NCBI GenBank assembly: GCA_031262785.1
Contig: JAISHB010000096.1
Span: forward strand, 8,604-72,603
From: Prevotellaceae bacterium
GTDB lineage: Bacteria; Bacteroidota; Bacteroidia; Bacteroidales; Bacteroidaceae
DNA: 64,000 nucleotides
Direction of reading: 5' to 3'
The notes beneath the pieces were generated by a model. It was given only the letters and a program-made list of their open reading frames with translations, had not been told where the DNA came from and made no database searches. Within the stretch, counting starts at the first letter, position 1. Each line of letters opens with the position of its first letter. Shown here one piece after another: positions 9,498 through 20,250 of this stretch. Both the position numbers and the translations under genes were made by a program.

Positions 9498-10811
9498 CTA
9501 TTTCTGTCGGATAAAGATATGGATGGGGGTGCCCGTCAATACCCATTTCTCCCGCATCTTGTTCTCAAGGAAACGGCGATACGGCTCTTTGACATACTGC
9601 GGCAGGTTGGCAAAGTAGACAAACGAGGGCACTTGGGTACCGGGCAGCTGGGTGACGTACTTAATCTTGATGTATTTTCCTTTGTTGGCGGGGGGCGGAT
9701 AGGCTTCGATGAGCGGGAGCATCTCCTCGTTCAGGCGGGCGGTAGGGATGCGCAGGGTGCGGTGCCCGTACACCTCCCCGGCTGTCTCCAGCACCTTGTG
9801 GATGCGTTGCTTGGTCAGTGCCGAGGCAAAGATAATGGGGAAGTCGACGAAGGGGGCGAAGCGTTCGCGGATGGCACGCTCGAAGGTCTTGATGACGATG
9901 TTGCTCTTCTCTTCGACCAAGTCCCACTTGTTGACCACCACCACCAGCCCCTTGGAGTTGCGCTGAATCAGCGAGAAGATGTTCAAGTCTTGTGCTTCTA
10001 CCCCGCGGGTGGCGTCGAGCATCAGGATGCAGACGTCGGCGTTTTCGATGGCACGGATGGAGCGTACCACCGAGTAGTATTCCAGGTCTTCGTTGACCTT
10101 ATTCTTCTTGCGGATGCCGGCGGTGTCGACCAAGTAGAAGTCGAATCCAAACTTGTTGTAGCGGGTGTAGATGGAGTCGCGGGTGGTACCGGCTATCTCG
10201 GTGACGATGTTACGCTCTTCGCCGATGAAGGCATTGATGAGCGACGACTTGCCGGCATTGGGACGACCCACCACGGCAAAGCGGGGGACGGCTTCGTCGA
10301 TGGTCTCCTCAGTCTCTTTCTTGAAGGTGCCCACAATCAGGTCCATCATGTCGCCGGTGCCGCTGCCGCTCATGGCAGAGATGCAATAGGGTTCGCCCAG
10401 CCCCAGGCTGTAGAACTCGGGAGCGTTGTATTGCAGTTCGCCGTTGTCGGTCTTGTTGGCGATGAGCAATACGGGCTTTTGCGAGCGACGCAGGATGGAG
10501 GCTACCTCCATGTCTAAGTCGGTTACGCCGGTCATTACGTCGACCAGAAACAGAATGGTGTCGGCCTCTTCTACGGCCAGCAACACTTGCTTGCGGATCT
10601 CTTCCTCGAAGATGTCCTCGGAGTTGACCACCCAGCCGCCGGTGTCTACTACGGAGAACTCGCGTCCGCACCATTCGCTCTTGCCGTATTGGCGGTCGCG
10701 GGTGGTACCGGCTTCTTCATTGACGATGGCCTGACGGGTATGGGTCAGGCGGTTGAAGAGGGTGGACTTCCCCACGTTGGGGCGTCCTACGATAGCTACT
10801 AAGTTTCCCAT
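9498..10811 (-). CDS. der: ribosome biogenesis GTPase Der (EngA)
   Basis: two G domains, [12 protein letters not shown] and [12 protein letters not shown], plus KH-like C-terminus. Confidence 0.98.
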   Translation of the reverse strand: MGNLVAIVGRPNVGKSTLFNRLTHTRQAIVNEEAGTTRDRQYGKSEWCGREFSVVDTGGWVVNSEDIFEEEIRKQVLLAVEEADTILFLVDVMTGVTDLDMEVASILRRSQKPVLLIANKTDNGELQYNAPEFYSLGLGEPYCISAMSGSGTGDMMDLIVGTFKKETEETIDEAVPRFAVVGRPNAGKSSLINAFIGEERNIVTEIAGTTRDSIYTRYNKFGFDFYLVDTAGIRKKNKVNEDLEYYSVVRSIRAIENADVCILMLDATRGVEAQDLNIFSLIQRNSKGLVVVVNKWDLVEEKSNIVIKTFERAIRERFAPFVDFPIIFASALTKQRIHKVLETAGEVYGHRTLRIPTARLNEEMLPLIEAYPPPANKGKYIKIKYVTQLPGTQVPSFVYFANLPQYVKEPYRRFLENKMREKWVLTGTPIHIFIRQK

Positions 10812-10827
10812 GTGCGTTTCCTTGTTT

Positions 10828-11709
10828 TTAGTCTGGTTGATAGCCGAAGCTGCGCAACTCTTTGTCCGAGCTTCGCCAGGCTTTGTCTACCTTCACGTAG
10901 GTCTCCAGGAAGATGCGCTTGCCCAAGAATGTCTCGAGGCTGTGACGCGCCTGGGTGGCCACCTTCTTCAAAGCCTTGCCTTGATGCCCGATGAGGATGC
11001 CCTTTTGCGATTCGCGCTCTACGTATATCACGGCGTTGATGTGAATCTTCCGTGCCTCTTCCTTGAACTGTTCGACCACCACCTCCACGGCATAGGGAAT
11101 CTCCTTGTCGTAGTAGAGCAGAATCTTTTCACGAATAATTTCGGCCACAAAGAAGCGGGCGGGTTTGTCCGTCCATTGGTCTTTGCCGAAGTAGGGGGGC
11201 GAGGCGGGGAGTAGCTCCCCGAGCCGTTTCATCACATAGTCGATGTTGAACTTGTTGGTGGCCGAGACGGGGATGATTTCCGCCCCGGGCAACAGCTCTT
11301 CCCAGCGGGTGACTTGCCCGGTGAGTTTCTCCTGGTCGGAGAGATCTATCTTGTTGATGAGCAACAGCACGGGAATGCGTAGGGCGGCTACTTTGGCCAT
11401 GAAGTCGCTGTGCTTGTCGGGTGTCTCCACCACATCGGTTACGTAGAGCAACACATCGGCATCGACCAGTGCAGAGGTGGAGAAGTTGAGCATCGACTCC
11501 TGCAGCTTGTATTGCGGTTTGAGCACGCCCGGCGTGTCGGAGAAGACAATCTGCATTTCATCGGTATTGTAGATGCCCATGATGCGGTGCCGGGTGGTTT
11601 GTGCCTTGAAGGTGGCGATGGAGATGCGCTCACCCACCAGGGCATTCATCAGCGTAGACTTTCCCACATTGGGATTGCCTACGATGTTTACGAATCCTGC
11701 TTTGTGCAT
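10828..11709 (-). CDS. era: GTPase Era
   Basis: [32 protein letters not shown] domain EIPY. Confidence 0.97.
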   Translation of the reverse strand: MHKAGFVNIVGNPNVGKSTLMNALVGERISIATFKAQTTRHRIMGIYNTDEMQIVFSDTPGVLKPQYKLQESMLNFSTSALVDADVLLYVTDVVETPDKHSDFMAKVAALRIPVLLLINKIDLSDQEKLTGQVTRWEELLPGAEIIPVSATNKFNIDYVMKRLGELLPASPPYFGKDQWTDKPARFFVAEIIREKILLYYDKEIPYAVEVVVEQFKEEARKIHINAVIYVERESQKGILIGHQGKALKKVATQARHSLETFLGKRIFLETYVKVDKAWRSSDKELRSFGYQPD

Positions 11710-12707
11710 ACGTCTGCGTCGTATCCCCACTTGAGGTAGATGGCACCCCATGTGAAGCCGGCTCCGAAGGCGGTGAGGATTATGTTGTCGCCCTTCTTGA
11801 GCTTCTGTTCAAAGTCCCAAAGGCAGAGCGGCAGTGTAGCGGCGCTGGTGTTCCCGTAGCGTTCGATGTTGATCATAATCTTCTCGTGCGGAAGTTCCAG
11901 CCGATGGGCTACGGCATCGATGATGCGCATGTTGGCTTGGTGAGGTATCACCCAGTCGATCGTCTCTTTGCTCAGGTGATTGCGCTGGGCAATGGCATTG
12001 CAGGCGTCCGACATGTTGGAGACGGCGTATTTAAACACCGTCCGTCCTTCTTGATAGACGCAGTGCATGTGATTGTCGACCGTGAAGTAGGAGGGGGGAC
12101 AAACCGATCCGCCCGCCTTCTCGTGCAGGAAGGGCAATCCTTTCCCGTCGGTTCGCAGCAACGAGTCTATCACGCCCAGCTCTTCCTCAGTTGCTTCGAG
12201 CATACAGGCCGCCGCGCCATCTCCGAAGAGCGGGCAGGTAGCCCGGTCGGTGTAGTTGGTGATGGACGACATCTTGTCGGCTCCGACGATGATGATCTTT
12301 TTGTAACGTCCGGCCCGAATAAAGTTGGAGGCTGTTTCCAGTGCGTACAGGAAGCCGCTGCATGCTGCTTGCAGGTCGAATGCAAAGGCATTCTTGAGTC
12401 CCAGCTTTTCGCAGAGAATCGAAGCGGTTGAGGGGAAAGGATAGTCGGGAGTGGTAGTGGCAACGATGACCATGTCGATGTCATCGGGATTCGACCCGGT
12501 ACGCTGCATCAGCTGTTTGGCTGCTTTGCGTGCCATGTACGAGGTGCCGAGTCCCTCTTCGTTTAGTATGTGCCGCTCTTTAATCCCAACCCGGGTCATA
12601 ATCCATTCGTCGTTGGTATCTACCATGCGGGATATCTCTTCGTTGGTCAAGATATAGTCCGGTACATACCCTCCGACTCCTGTGATTACTGCGTTAAGCC
12701 TTTTCAT
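11688..12707 (-). CDS. fabH: 3-oxoacyl-ACP synthase III
   Basis: AACSGF, PHQAN, GNTSAA, GAGFTWG motifs; 3' end overlaps the era start. Confidence 0.97.
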   Translation of the reverse strand: MKRLNAVITGVGGYVPDYILTNEEISRMVDTNDEWIMTRVGIKERHILNEEGLGTSYMARKAAKQLMQRTGSNPDDIDMVIVATTTPDYPFPSTASILCEKLGLKNAFAFDLQAACSGFLYALETASNFIRAGRYKKIIIVGADKMSSITNYTDRATCPLFGDGAAACMLEATEEELGVIDSLLRTDGKGLPFLHEKAGGSVCPPSYFTVDNHMHCVYQEGRTVFKYAVSNMSDACNAIAQRNHLSKETIDWVIPHQANMRIIDAVAHRLELPHEKIMINIERYGNTSAATLPLCLWDFEQKLKKGDNIILTAFGAGFTWGAIYLKWGYDADVCTKQDS

Positions 12708-12722
12708 CAATCCGGTAAGCGA

Positions 12723-12908
12723 TTAAACGGCTTCTTCTTTTACGATGGCAAGTTTGCCGCGATAATATCCGCAAGCATTGCATACCGTATGATATACATG
12801 CCATTCGCCGCAGTTCGGACAAATAGCCAGCGTAGGAGCTACTGCTTTATCATGGGTTCTTCTTTTGGCAGTACGGGTGCTCGACTGTCTTCTTTTAGGA
12901 TGTGCCAT
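12723..12908 (-). CDS. rpmF: 50S ribosomal protein L32
   Basis: MAHPKRRQS..CPNCG..HTVC..CGYYRG. Confidence 0.98.
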   Translation of the reverse strand: MAHPKRRQSSTRTAKRRTHDKAVAPTLAICPNCGEWHVYHTVCNACGYYRGKLAIVKEEAV

Positions 12909-12921
12909 TTTCTTTGATTAT

Positions 12922-13512
12922 TTAATTGTTATCTATTAATTTATTTAATTCGTTCCAGCGGGGATCCACCGCACTCGATTCGTCGCTCTCGAGCGCATGG
13001 TCGCCCTCGAGTTCCTCTTCGCCGCCCATAAACGGATCGTCTTGCTCGTCGCCCGGAGCAGTGCGCAGGTGTTTATGCAGTTTGCTGTGCATGGCTTTGT
13101 TGCATTTGCCCGGGGCATGTACATGTTTCATCGGAATGGATAGAATGATGAATTCATACATGAACCAGGCTACATTGATGCTGCCTTCGTCTTCGGGAAT
13201 GACGATGAGGTTGTTTCCCTCTTCGCCCAGTTCGCGTCCGAATTTAACCATCAGCTTGTCGGCCGATTTCACCGGCTGTTCCATGTCGTCCAAGCAGCGG
13301 TCGCATGGCACCCACACGACTCCTTCGGTTTGGAAATCCAATTCAAAGGCGCGGGCGCTCTTCTTAACGGTTAATGTTACGGTTACTTTGCCTTTCTGCA
13401 CTTCGGGAGAATCGATGTCGGCAAAGAATTGGTTGTCAAGCACAAACTCGTAATTGGCAGAGCCGGCTTGCATCCCTTTCAAGTCTATCTTATATTTATC
13501 AAACTTTCCCAA
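12922..13512 (-). CDS. DUF177/YceD family protein
   Basis: CDRCL and DPRW motifs; directly upstream of rpmF; probable TTG start. Confidence 0.9.
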   Translation of the reverse strand: MGKFDKYKIDLKGMQAGSANYEFVLDNQFFADIDSPEVQKGKVTVTLTVKKSARAFELDFQTEGVVWVPCDRCLDDMEQPVKSADKLMVKFGRELGEEGNNLIVIPEDEGSINVAWFMYEFIILSIPMKHVHAPGKCNKAMHSKLHKHLRTAPGDEQDDPFMGGEEELEGDHALESDESSAVDPRWNELNKLIDNN

Positions 13513-13603
13513 GTCTTTTTCCTTTTTATTTGGGCGACAAAGATACAAATAATATCTGCATAAATTAAAAATGGCTAATCAAATTTACGCGAGGCTCGTT
13601 TGC

Positions 13604-14752
13604 TCAGGCTTTCAATTCGATGCGGAACGTGGTTCCGTGATGGATTTCGGAGTGTTTGACGTAGATGCGTCCGGCATGATATTCCGTAACGATGCGTCGG
13701 GCAAGCGACAGCCCCAGTCCCCACCCCCGTTTCTTGGTGGTGTAGCCGGGTGAGAAAACGGTTTCGAAGTGACGTTTGTCGATGCCCTTGCCCGTGTCGC
13801 TCACATCAATCAGCCACCGGCGCGCTGTGCGTTCCACCTCGAGGGTGAGGGTGCCTGCGCCGTCCATGGCGTCGACGGCGTTTTTGCACAGGTTTTCGAT
13901 GACCCATTCGAAGAGCGTGGGGTTGATGCGTATGGGCGGAAGGTGGTCGGGGATGTGGGTGAGGATGCGCACTTTGTTGGAGGTTCGACGGGCAATGTAT
14001 TCGACCACTTTGGTGAGCAATGCCCCAAGGTCAACCTCTTCCAGCTCCGGAATGGAGCCTATCTTGGAGAAGCGGTTGGCAATCATCTGCAATCGTTCCA
14101 CATCTTCGGACATGGCCGGGATAAGTGTGTCGGCGGGATATTGCGCCTTCAACAGTTCGGTCCATGCCAGGAGCGAGGAGATGGGAGTGCCCAGCTGATG
14201 GGCGGTCTCTTTAGACAATCCCACCCACACTTTGTTCTGCTCGGCTTTCTTGGAACTCAGGAGGGCAAAGATGGCCACCAGCACAAAGATAATCACCACC
14301 GTGAGCTGGATGTAGGGATAAACGGCCAAGCGGGTGAGCATGCGCGAGGGGGCGTAATAGACATCGAAATAGTCCTGCTCGTTATTCATGTTGATGCGGA
14401 TGCAGTGTCCGTTGGCTTTCAGCTCGTGCAGTTTGCGTTGCAGGTCGGCTGCGGTGTGGGTGGCCGACAGGGCTATGTTGCGGTGCGTTTGTATCACCTC
14501 GGCCGCATCCACCACCATCACGGGGATGGTGTGATTGGCATTGATTACTTTGAGTGCCATGGTCAAGTCGGTGTTGGCGTCGGCGGTTTGCAGGTTCTTC
14601 ATCGCTTCGCCCCACACTTCCATGCGCACCTGTTCCTCGGCGGCCAGGTCGCTGATGAGCCGGTTGGAGATGTAGAGCGAGGTCACGGCAATGAGAATGG
14701 CTACTGCCACCAACCAAAACCGGATGGGATAGAGTTGTTTCCGAATAGACAT
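13604..14752 (-). CDS. orphan sensor histidine kinase
   Basis: two TM segments, ETAHQLGTP H-box, ENLCKNAVDA N-box, DTGKG and GWGLGL G-boxes. Confidence 0.95.
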   Translation of the reverse strand: MSIRKQLYPIRFWLVAVAILIAVTSLYISNRLISDLAAEEQVRMEVWGEAMKNLQTADANTDLTMALKVINANHTIPVMVVDAAEVIQTHRNIALSATHTAADLQRKLHELKANGHCIRINMNNEQDYFDVYYAPSRMLTRLAVYPYIQLTVVIIFVLVAIFALLSSKKAEQNKVWVGLSKETAHQLGTPISSLLAWTELLKAQYPADTLIPAMSEDVERLQMIANRFSKIGSIPELEEVDLGALLTKVVEYIARRTSNKVRILTHIPDHLPPIRINPTLFEWVIENLCKNAVDAMDGAGTLTLEVERTARRWLIDVSDTGKGIDKRHFETVFSPGYTTKKRGWGLGLSLARRIVTEYHAGRIYVKHSEIHHGTTFRIELKA

Positions 14753-14837
14753 GATACCGGGGGGTGCTAAGAGGTAACTATAAATAAGGTATAGTATAGA
14801 AACGAAGAACTCCGCCGATTATTTTGCCGCGCCGCCT

Positions 14838-15920
14838 TCAGCCCGTCTCGAAGGGGAGACAGAGTTGTACCCACTCTTCCCTGCGGGCGGCATCGTGCGG
14901 ATTAGAGACCGAAAGGCCAATCAGCCGGATGGGGTGATGCGCGTAGTCGACCTCGCCGAGCAGCTGTTTGGCCAGCGGCAAAATAACGGGCAGCGTGGTC
15001 AGCTCCTTCTCTTGGGTGATGCTGCGGGTGATTTGCGTGAAGTCGTTGAATTTAATCTTCAGCGTGAGCGTCTTCCCGCTGAAGGCTTTGAGCCTTAAGC
15101 GCTGCGTCAGCTCCACGGCAGCATGGTAGAGTTCGATGATGACCGACGAGCTTAGCCGGATGTCTTTCTCCAGGGTGTGTTCGCATCCGATGGATTTGCG
15201 GATGTGCTCCGTCTCCACCGCTCGCGGGTCGATGCCGCGGGCAAAGTCGTAGTAGAGCGCCCCCACCTTTCCGAAGGCGCGCAGCAGCCCCTCTTTGGAG
15301 TAGTCGCGCAGCTGCCGGCCGTTGTAGATGCCCATGGCGTGCATCTTTCCGGCCGTAACCTGTCCCACGCCCCAAAAGGCTTCAACGGGCAGACGATCGA
15401 TGAAGGGCAGCGCCTGCGAAGGATGGATGGTACACAGTCCGTCGGGCTTACGGTAGTCGGAAGCCACCTTGGCCAGGAACTTATTGTACGACACGCCGGC
15501 CGAAGCAACGAGGTGTTGCTCCCGGCGTATCTGTTGCTTGATGGCCTTGGCAATCTCCACGGCCAGCTCGATGCCGGGCTTGTTGAGGGTGACATCGAGG
15601 AATGCCTCGTCGAGCGAGAGTGGTTCGATGGTATCGGTGTAGCGGTGAAAGATTTCGTGAATCTGCCCGGACACCTCTTTATACACCTCCATGCGGCCGG
15701 GCACGAAGATGAGTTGCGGGCACAGCTGCTTGGCGCGCAACGAAGGCATGGCCGATCGCACCCCAAACCGTCGCGCTTCGTAGCTGGCGGCTGCCACCAC
15801 GCCACGCGCCTGGGCATGTCCAACGGCCACGGGCTTTCCGCGCAGCTCGGGAAAGTCGCGTTGCTCCACCGAAGCGTAGAAGGCGTCCATGTCGATATGG
15901 ATAATCTTTCGCTCATTCAT
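14838..15920 (-). CDS. dinB: DNA polymerase IV
   Basis: IHIDMDAFYASVEQ, ASYEAR.FGVRSAM, SLDEAF. Confidence 0.97.
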   Translation of the reverse strand: MNERKIIHIDMDAFYASVEQRDFPELRGKPVAVGHAQARGVVAAASYEARRFGVRSAMPSLRAKQLCPQLIFVPGRMEVYKEVSGQIHEIFHRYTDTIEPLSLDEAFLDVTLNKPGIELAVEIAKAIKQQIRREQHLVASAGVSYNKFLAKVASDYRKPDGLCTIHPSQALPFIDRLPVEAFWGVGQVTAGKMHAMGIYNGRQLRDYSKEGLLRAFGKVGALYYDFARGIDPRAVETEHIRKSIGCEHTLEKDIRLSSSVIIELYHAAVELTQRLRLKAFSGKTLTLKIKFNDFTQITRSITQEKELTTLPVILPLAKQLLGEVDYAHHPIRLIGLSVSNPHDAARREEWVQLCLPFETG

Positions 15921-15951
15921 GCTTGCAAAGGTACGCAACCCAAACGGATTA

Positions 15952-16228
15952 AAGTGACGCTTACCGGTTCACATTGGTTAGCCGATGGAGTCAAAGTGAG
16001 TCTCTATTGTGAACAGGGAAACATCAATGGAGTCGAAGTGAACCTCCATTGTGAACAGGATAACATCAATGGAGTCGAAGTGAACCTCCATTGTGAACAA
16101 GAAAGAGCCGATGGAGTTCCATTTGTTAAGTGGTGTGAACAGGGATGCGTCACTTGAGCTTAAGTGACGCATCTTTGTTCACACTGGAGACTCACTTTGA
16201 TTCCATTGGCTAACCAATGTAAACAGGG
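15952..16228. repeat. 42-bp tandem array (4 units) bounded by inverted repeats, followed by an inverted one-unit copy; MITE/REPIN-like
   Basis: ATGGAG at 15985, 16027, 16069, 16111; hairpin TGTGAACAGGGATGCGTCACTT..AAGTGACGCATCTTTGTTCACA; 16174..16226 is an imperfect reverse complement of 15964..16016. Confidence 0.9.
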
Positions 16229-16287
16229 TTGTTATTCAAGAATTTACGTTATCTTTGTCGACGTAAAATAGAAACAGAAAATTTAGG

Positions 16288-17889
16288 ATGCTACCCAAAA
16301 TCTTTAATACGGCAGGGCCGATCAAGCCCGAGATACATTATAATGTAGACCCGTTGACGCGCTTTAATCTCGAGGAGATACTCTCGCTCATTGAGTATGG
16401 AAAATACTTCGTGCTACACGCTCCGCGGCAAACGGGCAAGACCTCTTGTTTGCTGGCGTTGCGCGACTACTTGAATGCACAAGGAGATTATTGCGCCGTA
16501 TATGTCAATGTGGAAAGCGGACAGAGCCTGCGCAACAACGTGGAAGAGGTGATACGCAATGTGGTGAGTAATCTTTGCGATGAGCTAAGCTTGATTATCG
16601 GCAGCAAGTTGCCCAATCTCACCAGAGAAGAAACCATTGCGCAGGTACCTGCCAGTGCCTTGTTGTCCGGCTATTTGTCACGGCTGAGCCAGGCACTCGA
16701 CCGCCCGTTGGTGGTTTTCATCGACGAAATTGATGCCTTGGTGGGCGATTCATTAGTAAGTGTACTGCGCCAGATACGCAGCGGCTACGGCAAACGTCCG
16801 GCCGCTTTTCCGCAATCCATCATTTTGTGCGGCGTGCGCGATGTGCGCGACTATCGCATCGTACTTTCCAACCAAGACATCATCACCGGCGGCTCGGCCT
16901 TCAACATCAAAGCTAAATCGCTCCGCTTGGGCAACTTCTCGAAAGAGGAAATTCATGAGTTGTATATGCAGCACACCGCCGCCACCGGACAGGAGTTCGA
17001 CGAGGCTTGCTTCCCATTGATATGGGAAGCTACCGAAGGACAGCCGTGGTTGGTCAACGCGCTGGGATATGAGGTAACCTACGAAATCAAGGAGAATCGT
17101 GACCGCAACGTTCGCATCACCCCCGAAATGATCTATCGGGCGCAGGAAAATATCATCTACCGTCGCGACACGCATATTGATATCCTCATTGACAAGCTAA
17201 AGGAAGACCGGGTACGTCGCGTCATCGGCCCGATGCTGGCCAGCGATACCGATGCCAAAGACACGTCGGTGCCGCAAGACGACGTGCAGTATGTCTACGA
17301 CTTGGGCTTGATAGCCTTGGACAAACCGCGCCGCATTGCCAACGGCATCTACCGCGAGATTATTCCCCGTGAACTGACGTGGTCTACACAAGACGGCCTC
17401 ATCCAGCAATCGGAATGGTATATGAATGCCGACAACTCCATCAACATGGAGAAGCTACTGCTCGACTTCCAACAGTTCTTCCGCCAGAATGCCGATTCGT
17501 GGATTGAGACGTTCGACTACAAAGAGAGCGGTCCGCAACTGCTGCTCCAAGCCTTCCTGCAGCGCGTAGTCAACGGCGGCGGCTACATCGACCGCGAATA
17601 TGGCCTCGGACGTGGTCGCACCGACCTGCTCATCCGCAAACCGCTCACCAATGGCTACGGCGGCCCGATCCAATACATCGTGCTGGAACTGAAGATTAAA
17701 CGCGGCGACTTGGAGAAGACCATCCAGCGCGGCTTGGAACAGACCGCCGAATACATGGACCACTGCCCGGCCGGCACCGAAGGCCACTTCATCCTCTTCA
17801 ACCGCGACAAGGGCACGCCGTGGGACGAGAAGATTTGGCACCGCACCGAACAGTATCACGGACACATCCTCACCGTGTGGGGCATGTAG
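16288..17889 (+). CDS. AAA-family ATPase with C-terminal PD-(D/E)XK nuclease-like domain
   Basis: Walker A APRQTGKT, Walker B VVFIDEID, C-terminal REYGLGRGRTDLL..VLELK. Confidence 0.8.
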   Translation: MLPKIFNTAGPIKPEIHYNVDPLTRFNLEEILSLIEYGKYFVLHAPRQTGKTSCLLALRDYLNAQGDYCAVYVNVESGQSLRNNVEEVIRNVVSNLCDELSLIIGSKLPNLTREETIAQVPASALLSGYLSRLSQALDRPLVVFIDEIDALVGDSLVSVLRQIRSGYGKRPAAFPQSIILCGVRDVRDYRIVLSNQDIITGGSAFNIKAKSLRLGNFSKEEIHELYMQHTAATGQEFDEACFPLIWEATEGQPWLVNALGYEVTYEIKENRDRNVRITPEMIYRAQENIIYRRDTHIDILIDKLKEDRVRRVIGPMLASDTDAKDTSVPQDDVQYVYDLGLIALDKPRRIANGIYREIIPRELTWSTQDGLIQQSEWYMNADNSINMEKLLLDFQQFFRQNADSWIETFDYKESGPQLLLQAFLQRVVNGGGYIDREYGLGRGRTDLLIRKPLTNGYGGPIQYIVLELKIKRGDLEKTIQRGLEQTAEYMDHCPAGTEGHFILFNRDKGTPWDEKIWHRTEQYHGHILTVWGM

Positions 17890-17919
17890 CCCCGAAGAGC
17901 TTATCCCCGCCCCAACCAC

Positions 17920-17958
17920 GAAGGCTGCCTGTTCTCGCAACAGGCAGCCTTCTCTTTT
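17920..17958 (+). terminator. intrinsic terminator between convergent genes
   Basis: GAAGGCTGCCTGTT-CTCGC-AACAGGCAGCCTTC-TCTTTT. Confidence 0.85.
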
Positions 17959-18001
17959 CAGATTTAACTTCTTATGAAATCGCGCAAAAATAATATGTTC
18001 T

Positions 18002-20182
18002 TTAGTTTTCTTTGGCGCAACGGACGGGGAAGCCAGATGGAAGCCAGTGGTCTCTCAGCGGGTAGACGCCATTTGAAGTGAATAAGAAGTTACCATGCAT
18101 ACTGCTGTTACTAGCACTGTAAGACGACGAACAATAATAGCCGTAGTAACCGGCATCTCTTATTGAACTTCCCGAAGAGTATTCACGATAGCCAGAAGCT
18201 GGATAAAAGGTGGTGTTTACATTGTCGTACTTGAATAAGTGACCCTTGTTGAAACTACCTGAAACGTTGGGAGTCATACTACCGTAGTCTGTTGCTTCTT
18301 GGGTTGCAAAGTAACGCGTCCATGTCCCACGAGGGGGTACTTTGTATCCGGGCGGACAAGGATCGAAACAAGTCTTGGTACCGTACTCCTTATTTATATA
18401 AAGCATAGTCCCACTTCCACCCCAATTGCCAGCCGTGCCGGCATTACCCCACAGATCGCGAATCCTACAGGCGACATGCCAGTCATAAGGACTATTACTC
18501 TGATTATAATACTGCATTGGATTACCTACGGCAAGAGCAATAGTACCGTTCGTGCCTCCTGAGTATTTGAATGTAGGATTACCCGACGACTTGAAATGAA
18601 TGCCGTCGGTGGGGTCGTTGCTACCACTGCCGACGCCGCCTAAGAACGGATCTTTCCTACCCCATTGATAGAGCAAGCCAAAGCCAAAACCATTATCACC
18701 GTCGTCCCAACTCTCCTTTGTATGGACGGCGCCCAAGTTGTATTTCATCATAATTACGCGGTTGTTTGGATAATACCCATTAATAGGATAGGTATGCGTG
18801 CCATACTTCGGTGCATTGGTAGAGGAAGTGCTGTACGGATCATAATCTACCTTCCAGATGTGCCAGCTCCAAATGATTTCGTCTCCGCTCATCAAAGCTA
18901 TCACTGCATTGCCATTGGCTGTGGTGGTGGTAGTACCGAAAATGATCTTTCCATTTTCGTAGATGGGATTACTAACTACACCGTTGATACTACCACTATC
19001 GTAGCCGCCCATCGACCATAATATCTTGGCGGTGTAGTTACCGGAAGGAATCGTGCCTGAGAAGCCGGAGGGCTTGCTGTCTATATAGGCTTGGCTGGTG
19101 GGTTGTACGCCGTTACCCCGCTTGGTGGCATCCAAATAGTAGAATTCGCCCGCTTTGTTCACAATGTAGCTGTTTGCCGTGGCATTGGAGTATATTAAGC
19201 GTGCTTGTTTAGACGCTGCATTGGGTGCAAAGGTGAAACGTTTACCAGATTCTAACTTTTGACTGCTTGAGGTGGCGCTCAACGAAGCATAGTAGCTGGT
19301 GCTTCCACTGATGGCAACGAGTAACATCTGCTGATTACTAAAGTCCGCATTATTCCCGCTGGCATCCTTGGCCGAGACATAAAGATAAGCAGTGAGGGTA
19401 CGCTGTGAAGTGGAAGTTTGGTCGCCGGTAATCGTCACCGAGATGCTGCTGGCGGGGTTGGTGCCTTTTACACTCACCGTTCCATCGGGAGCATAAGTTA
19501 GTTGCAAGCCGGTATAGAGCACGACACCACTTGTCTCAAGTGTGAGGCGACTGATTGCCGGTGTGTTGGCCGGCAGTTTCACCACAAAACGCAGCAGAGC
19601 GCAGGCACGGCTAAAGGTGAAGCTCTGTGTTTCGCCCACGCGGGCGGAACTATACATTACATCTCTCGCAGCAAGGTGCGTAGTGGAGCCTACCTGCTGC
19701 GTCTGTCCGGAGAAGTCATAGCTCACCACCACGTTATCACCGCTCTTGGTTGTTGCGGCGGGCGCAGGATAGAGGTAGTGATACTTGTTGTCGGCACTCC
19801 TGATAATGTCACCGCCTGAAAACTTCAGCGACTTGTTACCGTTCGAGAGGGTGCCGGGCTGCCCGTAGAGGTGATTGCTTGCCGGTGCCTCCACTTTTCC
19901 GGTAGGATAGCTAAAGACTTGCAGTATTTCCTCTTCGGGTTTGCTTGCATTCCACGTAACTGTCATGCCGCTGGTATTGTCTGTATATACCGTACGCGAA
20001 GCGGGGTCTTCCTCCTCGCTACGTCCCTGATTGGCAACGGTACTAAGGGTAATCAATTCGTAGTTGCCAGTGTTGTTGTTTGCCTCGGGGTCGGTCTCGT
20101 CCAACTGCTTGCTGCAGGCTGCCGGAACCAGCATCAGCAAGGAGAAACCAAGCAGCCCGTAAAGCCTGTTTGCTCGTTTCAT
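18002..20182 (-). CDS. Mfa/fimbrillin-type (type V pilus) lipoprotein, probable tip adhesin with C-terminal lectin-like domain
   Basis: lipobox PAAC; SR|T maturation site; ANSYIV, IIWSWHIW, GLLYQWGRKDPF, DPCPPGY, FYPASGYR..FPVRC motifs. Confidence 0.85.
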   Translation of the reverse strand: MKRANRLYGLLGFSLLMLVPAACSKQLDETDPEANNNTGNYELITLSTVANQGRSEEEDPASRTVYTDNTSGMTVTWNASKPEEEILQVFSYPTGKVEAPASNHLYGQPGTLSNGNKSLKFSGGDIIRSADNKYHYLYPAPAATTKSGDNVVVSYDFSGQTQQVGSTTHLAARDVMYSSARVGETQSFTFSRACALLRFVVKLPANTPAISRLTLETSGVVLYTGLQLTYAPDGTVSVKGTNPASSISVTITGDQTSTSQRTLTAYLYVSAKDASGNNADFSNQQMLLVAISGSTSYYASLSATSSSQKLESGKRFTFAPNAASKQARLIYSNATANSYIVNKAGEFYYLDATKRGNGVQPTSQAYIDSKPSGFSGTIPSGNYTAKILWSMGGYDSGSINGVVSNPIYENGKIIFGTTTTTANGNAVIALMSGDEIIWSWHIWKVDYDPYSTSSTNAPKYGTHTYPINGYYPNNRVIMMKYNLGAVHTKESWDDGDNGFGFGLLYQWGRKDPFLGGVGSGSNDPTDGIHFKSSGNPTFKYSGGTNGTIALAVGNPMQYYNQSNSPYDWHVACRIRDLWGNAGTAGNWGGSGTMLYINKEYGTKTCFDPCPPGYKVPPRGTWTRYFATQEATDYGSMTPNVSGSFNKGHLFKYDNVNTTFYPASGYREYSSGSSIRDAGYYGYYCSSSYSASNSSMHGNFLFTSNGVYPLRDHWLPSGFPVRCAKEN

Positions 20183-20233
20183 AATAGAATAATATTATTT
20201 GATTGGTTATGACGGCAAAGGTAGAGCGAACCC

Positions 20234-20250
20234 TATATATATATATATAT
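20234..20250. repeat. (TA)8T microsatellite in the pilin promoter region
   Basis: TATATATATATATATAT 10 bp upstream of the minus-strand TACCTTTG box (20216..20223). Confidence 0.9.

Noticed and set aside
9432-10517. Long antisense ORFs (also 31570..33183, 38279..39967, 29308..30519, 41422..42456)
   Set aside because: Shadow frames opposite well-recognised GC-rich genes, with no recognisable motifs.
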